Positions 20,301 to 26,631 of a DNA stretch of 35,843 bases are shown here, one piece after another. The translations under genes were made by a program, and so were the position numbers. The stretch's first letter is position 1, and each line of letters opens with the position of its first letter. Under the pieces are notes generated by a model, which saw only the letters and a program-made list of their open reading frames with translations, had not been told where the DNA came from and ran no database searches. The DNA is from Fidelibacterota bacterium (GTDB taxonomy: Bacteria > Fidelibacterota > Marinisomatia > SCGC-AAA003-L08 > GCA-002704045): positions 6,785 through 42,627 of the forward strand of contig PAFF01000079.1 of the NCBI GenBank assembly GCA_002704045.1, given 5' to 3'.

Positions 20301-23300
20301 GAATGTGGAGTTTGTAATGGTAATGGAACGTCCTGCCCTGATACACCTCAGAACCTAGTGGCAACAGGAGATCTAAACCAAATAATATTAAATTGGTCAC
20401 CTGCTCAAGCTTCATTGAACCAAACTAATAATATTGATAGAGATACATGTGATCCAATTACTGGTTGGTGCTATACATTGAGTATAGAAAATTCTTATTA
20501 CATGTTTGAAAATATATACATAAATAATCAATTAATTCATGAAGGTTCTGTTACTGCCCCAACATCTTGTCCAAATTTAGATTGTGATGTCATAGGAGCT
20601 ATTTGTAATGATAATTTAGTTTCGTGGACATATCCTTTTTTCAATAGTGTATTTACTATACCAGTGATGGGACAAAGTGGTGTTACTCCTAATACTGAAG
20701 AATATTGTGGTAATGGACAAGTACCTTCTTTTGTTGTATTTGATATTTCATCGGGACAGGTTATTAATCTTGAATATATTGGAAACGACTCTATACCTGG
20801 GTTTACGAGTCTTCAAACTTATATGTTTGGTGAAGATTTTGATTATGATGGGTTTTTAAATGCATCGATTGAAATTTCATATAATGTTTACAGGGATGGA
20901 TTGCTTTATGCTGAAGGAATTCAAGAGACTACGTTCATTGATCAAAACCTTGAAGATAATGAATACCACTGTTATCAAGTAACTCAATTTGTAGGTGACC
21001 AAGAATCAGGATTTTCAAATCAGTCTTGTGCAACAACAGATATGCCAGGATGTACAAATATTGAAGCCTGTAATTATAACCCTGAAGCAACAATAGATGA
21101 TGGAAGTTGTTTAGAGGAAGACTGTTTAGGAGAATGTGGTGGTGACGCGGTGATTGATGATTGTGGTGTATGTGATGGTAACAACGATGATCAGGATTGT
21201 TTTGGTGAATGTGGTGGAGATGCAGAATTAGATGATTGTGGTGTATGTGATGGAGATGGTTTAACTTGTTATGCTAAAATCATCGTTGATTCACCATTAA
21301 CTGGATATATATCTTATAATGGAAAAGTAACAATTGTTATTAATGATGAACAATCAGAAATCAATTTAGATGATTCAGTTGAAGTTTTTATTGACAACTT
21401 TTCTGTTAAAAAAATACTTTATCAGGATATTTCAGATGATAATAGCTTTGAGGTTAATATAAAATATTTGTGGGATCATTTTATAAGTTTAGAAAGTGTT
21501 AATTTAAAATTGGTTGTATTAGATCCAACAGGAGAACCTTATACAAATAATGATGCAACTTTAGAAATTAATAATATTCAAGTTAGTCCTCCTTCAAATT
21601 TTGTAATAAATGGTGTTCAAGATACCTTATCAGTATTTACTTATTACATTAATAATGCTATTTACGAAAGTTATAGTTTAACTGAAGATGATTGGATAGG
21701 CTTTTTCTGTAATAATGAAGAAAATGGATTAAATATCATTGGCACTCAAAAGTGGGGATATATAAATCCAGAAGAATATCTTGAAATATTAGAAATAGAA
21801 ATTGATGAAAATTGGTGTCAATCAGAAGATGGCTTATGTACTTGGTCAAGGTTAAGATTATATCAGGATATAGTTGATAATGGGTCATGTGATATAGGAG
21901 ATACTTTATCAATTCAAATGTACATAGCTGAAAATGATAGTATTTTTCCTGCTATAACTCAAAATGAATATTTATTAGGCGAAAATAATATTTATATTGA
22001 TGATATTTGGGCAAATGTAGAGGATTGTAATGGTGTTGCCGGTGGTACAGCATTTTATGATGAATGTGACATATGTTCAGGAGGAGATACTGGTATAATT
22101 CCTAATGATACATTAGATTGTAATGGTGATTGTGATGGCTTAGCTCTAATAGATGATTGTGGAATATGTTGTGATGGAAATACATCTATTGAATGTTCAA
22201 CCTATAACAATGATGGAGACATTCCTGTGGTTACTGGTGTTATGGATTGCAATAATCATTGCCCAGGTGATTCTGATTATGGTATTGAATTTCCAGATTG
22301 TCAAGGAGATTGCTTTGGTGATGCTTATCTTGATGAATGTGAGATATGTGATTATGATTCTAATAATAATAATGAAACTTGCAGTGGTTGTATAGATCCT
22401 CTTGCTAATAATACTGATGAAGACGCAACATTAGATGATGGAAGTTGTACATATGACGTTCAAGTGGCTATTAATGAGTTTTTTTATAGAGCTACAATTA
22501 ATGTAGATATTCCAGATTATGTTGAGATTATTAACGTTACTCAAGAAACAAAAGATCTTAATAATTGGACAATTGAAACAAGTTCAGGAGATCATAATCT
22601 TAGTCAATATAATATTGAATTTTTACCACAAAGTTTAATTTTGATTACAGGTTCAGGTAATTTTTATGATTCTTTAGGAAATATAGTCAACCTTAACAAT
22701 AGGTATGTTATTCCTGGTTTTTCATTATCCTCTTATGATGACTACATTATTTTAAGAGACTCTGAAAATGATATTGTAGATGAGGTGATATATAGTGATG
22801 ATGATGTTTGGCCTGTTGGAAATTCTAACAGGGGGCATGCTCTAGAACTTAATAATTTTTATTATGATAATAATGATGTAGAATATTGGTTTTCAGCTGA
22901 TGAGAGCGTAATGAGTCCTTACATGTATAATTCAGATGGTGAACTTGAAAATTATGGAACACCTTTAGAAAATAATAGTAATTATATAGGTAATGAAATC
23001 GGTTGTGATGGAGTACTATTTAGTGATGCAACATTAGATGATTGTGATGTATGTGATGGAAATAATCTTTATAATATTATAGGAAATTCATCTAGTGGTT
23101 GGAATTGTGGTGAAAATTATGAAAATTGTGATGAAGTGGATTGTGAAGGAGACTGCATTGAAGGCACCCCAAATTGGGATTTAGGTGAGGATATTTTACC
23201 TGATTGTAATGGAATCTGTTTTGGTGATGCAGAATTTGATGATTGTGGTTTATGCGGGGGAGATAATTCAACTTGTTCAGATTGCGCAGGAATACCAAAC

Positions 23301-24473
23301 GGAGATACAGTAGTGGACGAATGTGGTCTATGTGATGGAGATAATTATAATTGTGAAGATCCTGACTCTTCATGTTTGTGTGCAGGTTGTATGGATAACA
23401 CTCCTGGTTTGGCACCTGATATATATGGATGTTGTGCTGATCAAGTATGGAATCCTAATGAAAGCATTTGTCAAGATGGAACTTCAGTAAATGAAGAAGG
23501 GTATTGTTTGGAAAACAATGGATACTACTTTACAAATTATGACCCATTAATACTGATAGATAACGGATCTTGTTCAACGTGGAATCCTGAAATTATTTCA
23601 ATAATCGATATCCCTGAAGATCAAGGATATCATGTTTATTTAACTTTCTCTAAAGCTCATTTTGATGATGAATCTTTGCCAAGAGAAACTGCGGGTTATT
23701 CAATTGAAAGATTAGATAATATTGAAGGTATTCAAACTTGGGTGAATGTAGCTTCAGGATTTGCTTATGGGCAACTTGAATATACTTATGAGGTTGAAAC
23801 TTTGATAAATTACATAGACAGTCTTAGTAATGGTAATACCACATTCAGAGTTATTGCATCTATGGATGAAGGATTATATTTGTCAGATGAATTTTCAGGT
23901 TTTTCTATTGATAATATAATTCCAAGTTCTCCAACTGGAATTAACATTTTAATTATTGATAACAATATAAATTTAAATTGGAATCAAAACCAGGATATTG
24001 ATTTAGATTACTATAATATTTATTATAAATATGTTGATGAAGAAGAGTGGAATTATGATGGTAGTACAAATCAAACAAATTATAATTTGGATTATGATTC
24101 TGATCTGGTAACTGAAATATTTATAACAGCAGTAGATATAAATGATAATGAAAGTGAAAGTTCTCAAATAGTTTCTACATTAGGACTAGCTGCAAATATA
24201 AATTTACCAAAAAGTTTTGAGATATTTGGTAGCTATCCTAATCCATTTAATCCAATAACAAATATAAGTTATTCTATCCCAAGTTCTGATTTAGTACAAG
24301 TTTCAGTTTATAATATCAATGGGATTTTAGTGAAAATAATATATGATGGAATCCAACAATCAGGCTTACATAATATTAAATGGGATGCTAACCTTTATGC
24401 ATCAGGAATTTATTTTATAAAAATCCATTACAAAAACAAGGTTGAGATTCAAAAAGTACTCTTATTAAAATAG
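17391..24473 (+). CDS. giant modular cell-surface protein (2360 aa) with five cohesin-like AGFQF modules, Cys-rich modules, a lamin-tail domain, FN3-like domains and a T9SS C-terminal sorting domain
   Basis: A single uninterrupted ORF with a signal peptide. It has five ~100-aa AGFQF modules. These are interspersed with Asp/Cys-rich modules such as [16 protein letters not shown] and [DE]ECG[VI]C[ND]G[DN]G. The [21 protein letters not shown] motif occurs three times. An LTD-like region lies at about nt 22458-22895 (VAINEFFY...DYVEIINVT...LNNWTIE...[17 protein letters not shown]). FN3-like segments are present ([37 protein letters not shown]...YYNIYYKY). The protein ends in a Por-type CTD. Confidence 0.85.
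   Translation: [2360 protein letters not shown]
17463..17756 (+). repeat. AGFQF (cohesin-like) module 1 of the giant protein
   Basis: Covers aa 25-122: [62 protein letters not shown]...SLIVEF. Similarity to modules 4 and 5 is also visible at the DNA level. Confidence 0.8.
17946..18275 (+). repeat. AGFQF module 2 (divergent)
   Basis: Covers aa 186-295: [57 protein letters not shown]. Confidence 0.7.
18291..18584 (+). repeat. AGFQF module 3 (divergent)
   Basis: Covers aa 301-398: [58 protein letters not shown]. Confidence 0.7.
18939..19235 (+). repeat. AGFQF module 4
   Basis: Covers aa 517-615: [62 protein letters not shown]...SLIVEF. Confidence 0.8.
19929..20225 (+). repeat. AGFQF module 5
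   Basis: Covers aa 847-945: [62 protein letters not shown]...TLDVEF. The downstream Cys/Asp linker (20235-20330) also repeats the linker that follows module 1 (17775-17870). Confidence 0.8.
24216..24470 (+). other. T9SS (Por) C-terminal sorting domain of the giant protein
   Basis: The last 85 aa are [22 protein letters not shown]...[14 protein letters not shown]...GLHNIKWDA...[24 protein letters not shown]. They match the YPNPF...x-Y-x-[LVI]...G-x-Y-F pattern of Por_Secre_tail-type CTDs. They align residue for residue with the tail of the 30536..34420 product. Confidence 0.8.
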
Positions 24474-24483
24474 GAATTAAAAT

Positions 24484-25251
24484 ATGAAAAAATTATTTTT
24501 TTTATATATATGCTCTTTTTTATACTCTAATGGTTTAGGCATCAATTTATCATTGATTGGACATTTGCCAAGAGGAGAATTTAAAGAAGAGCTGAAAAAT
24601 GATCAAGGTAATATAGCAAACGGCTATGGTTTTGATATTAATGCAATGTATTATGTAAATGATAATTTTGCTATTGGTATTAATGGTGGAAATAGTATTT
24701 ATGGTAATAATAGAAGATCAATTCCATTCAATTATTTTACTGATTTAATAACTATAACTGAAGAAACAAAAAACGCGATAAGCTATGGGCATTTATTTTT
24801 TAAAGTACTACCTTTTCAATCAAGAGTAAAGCCTTATTTCGAAGGATTAATTGGTATGAAAAATTTAAATACTAATACAAGATTATTTAATGAAAATTGT
24901 ACAGACGATCCAGAAACAGACCATGACGATTGTGAAATAGCTGAATCGACAAATTCATCAGATAATGCATTTAGTTATGGATTAGGATTAGGTTTTGAAG
25001 TTGTATTGATCGAATCATCAAGTTCAAATTTATTAGATTCAATAGATAAAATTTCTGATGAGGAATTTGCAGGTGAATTATCATTTCTTTTTAGTTTTAG
25101 ATATCTTTACGGAGATGAAGCTCAGTACTTGAAAGAAGGATCTATAGAATTTTCTAATCCTGAAGATGGACCTGTACAAACTTCATTTAATTACAGTAAT
25201 TCCAAAACAGATTTAATACAAATTAATATAGGTTTGAAAGTTAAGTTTTAA
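24484..25251 (+). CDS. small outer-membrane beta-barrel protein
   Basis: This is a 255-aa ORF starting 11 nt after the giant gene. It has a signal peptide, alternating amphipathic strands rich in G, Y and N, and a C-terminal beta-signal ending IGLKVKF (terminal Phe). Confidence 0.6.
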   Translation: MKKLFFLYICSFLYSNGLGINLSLIGHLPRGEFKEELKNDQGNIANGYGFDINAMYYVNDNFAIGINGGNSIYGNNRRSIPFNYFTDLITITEETKNAISYGHLFFKVLPFQSRVKPYFEGLIGMKNLNTNTRLFNENCTDDPETDHDDCEIAESTNSSDNAFSYGLGLGFEVVLIESSSSNLLDSIDKISDEEFAGELSFLFSFRYLYGDEAQYLKEGSIEFSNPEDGPVQTSFNYSNSKTDLIQINIGLKVKF

Positions 25252-25315
25252 ATTTATATAAAAAATAATTTCTCCTTACAATCCTGATTTATGTAAGTTT
25301 AAGCTATTAATTTTT

Positions 25316-25398
<83 letters not shown>

Positions 25399-25408
25399 CA
25401 TCGTTCAT

Positions 25409-25437
25409 CCCCCCTCTTAATCGAGGGGGTTTTTTTT
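25409..25437 (+). terminator. rho-independent terminator after tRNA-Leu
   Basis: The hairpin CCCCCTC/GAGGGGG has loop TTAATC and is followed by T8. Confidence 0.7.
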
Positions 25438-25452
25438 ATCCCTTGAGTTATA

Positions 25453-25480
25453 TTGATCAATCATTTTAAATCATTAAATA
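25453..25480 (+). promoter_or_regulatory. candidate sigma70-like promoter inside the repeat (TTGATC-N16-TAAATA), conserved in both copies
   Basis: TTGATC lies at 25453-25458 and TAAATA at 25475-25480. The identical sequence recurs at 34853-34880. It would give a leader of about 190 nt upstream of the 25678 gene. Pattern match only. Confidence 0.3.
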
Positions 25481-25677
25481 GTGCTTTGAAGGCACCTATC
25501 TGAAGGCACCTATTATTTGCTCTATATACTGTATATATGGTCTTTATCTGGTAGAATATTAATATCCTTATAAGAGGGACGCTATCCACACAATAGGAAG
25601 AAATGGGAAGTGTTTTCCTACCATCCCGACGATAACATCCTATCTACCAATCTCCCATTATTATTATATTATATGCT

Positions 25678-26553
25678 ATGAAAAAGGTTTTAGTTATAAT
25701 ATTAATTATATTTTTAAACTCATGCTCATCTTATAAAGTTAATAATCAATTATTTGAAGCAGATGAAAAAATTTGTTTAGTTTTGTCAGTAGGAAGCGAG
25801 AAAGGTATAGCACATTTTGGTGCGATTGATGCTCTTAAAGAGTTAAATATAGATATTAAATACATATATGGTAATAGTGCAGGTTCATTAGTTGGTGGCA
25901 TGTACGCTTTTAATCCTAATGTGAACTTTGAAACTGATTCAAAAAAAATTATAAATACCTACTTTAATAAAACTAAAAAAGAGAAAGTTAATAATACAAT
26001 ATTCAATACATTATTTTCAATGATTTTAACAGGAGGAGTTTTAGGATGGGAAAACTTATTTTTTGGTGGTCTTTCATATGCAAATGTTAAGAAAATTGAT
26101 TTTGATAGGTTTCATCAAGTCATAGATGAATATTTTAATTATTCGGATATTGATGATACAAAAATTTTATTTGCTACCTCTTATATGGATATTAATAAAG
26201 GAATTGTTATTAAAAATAATGGCAGTTTAGCTAGTGCAATTTCTAAAAGTTGCAATAATCCTTTTATATTTAAAGAAATTTCAAACGAATTTGACCCTGC
26301 TGCAGATAGATTATCAGTTACCCCAATTGAAGATGCATATAATCATTTTAATCCAGATAAAATAATTGCTATAAATGTTTCGCAAAGTCCTGCATATTAT
26401 TCAGAACAAATCAAGGCCAAAATTTTTGAGATACCAATAGAATTGAATGAATATGATTTAAATGACAAAAAAAATCAAGAAAATATTAAATCTATATATA
26501 ATGAATATTATTCAAAAGGATTCAATACAGTGATGGAATACTTCAATCAATAA
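25678..26553 (+). CDS. patatin-like phospholipase family lipoprotein
   Basis: This is a 291-aa ORF with signal peptide and lipobox (FLNSC). The sequence LVLSVGSEKGIAHFGAIDALKE...IYGNSAGSLVGGMYA matches the patatin layout: a Gly-rich oxyanion loop followed by the GxSxG serine. The usual DGG Asp motif is not obvious (FDPAAD), so activity is uncertain. Confidence 0.7.
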   Translation: MKKVLVIILIIFLNSCSSYKVNNQLFEADEKICLVLSVGSEKGIAHFGAIDALKELNIDIKYIYGNSAGSLVGGMYAFNPNVNFETDSKKIINTYFNKTKKEKVNNTIFNTLFSMILTGGVLGWENLFFGGLSYANVKKIDFDRFHQVIDEYFNYSDIDDTKILFATSYMDINKGIVIKNNGSLASAISKSCNNPFIFKEISNEFDPAADRLSVTPIEDAYNHFNPDKIIAINVSQSPAYYSEQIKAKIFEIPIELNEYDLNDKKNQENIKSIYNEYYSKGFNTVMEYFNQ

Positions 26554-26631
26554 TTATATTTACTAAATGAACCTTGTTTCACTGTTTATTTTTTTATATA
26601 AACATATCTTTTTAAATTCAAACTCAAAAAA

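Noticed and set aside
17463-21185. Regularly recurring ~300-bp and ~140-bp repeats that might suggest a CRISPR-like or satellite array.
   Set aside because: They are in-frame coding repeats (protein modules) inside one long ORF. Their spacing is variable, and there is no short-repeat/unique-spacer structure. No CRISPR array is present in the window.
3621-24473. Many 60-155-aa ORFs in the track lie antisense to, or out of frame within, the large genes. Examples are 3621..3818, 6204..6416, 8210..8488, 10089..10370, 10256..10546, 10935..11135, 11227..11439, 12417..12599, 12862..13140, 13601..13804, 13823..14005, 14594..14776, 15449..15790, 17528..17815, 17743..17940, 18338..18586, 18460..18927, 19234..19536, 19304..19507, 20182..20415, 20677..20859, 22153..22395 and 23092..23415. 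Further examples beyond this span are 30729..30989, 31065..31310, 32089..32283 and 33720..33983.
   Set aside because: All are fully embedded in longer ORFs that carry clear family motifs. Their translations are low-complexity (His/Leu/Asn/Ile-rich), as expected from reading repetitive GAT/GGT/AAT-rich coding DNA in the wrong frame. None has its own RBS or terminator.
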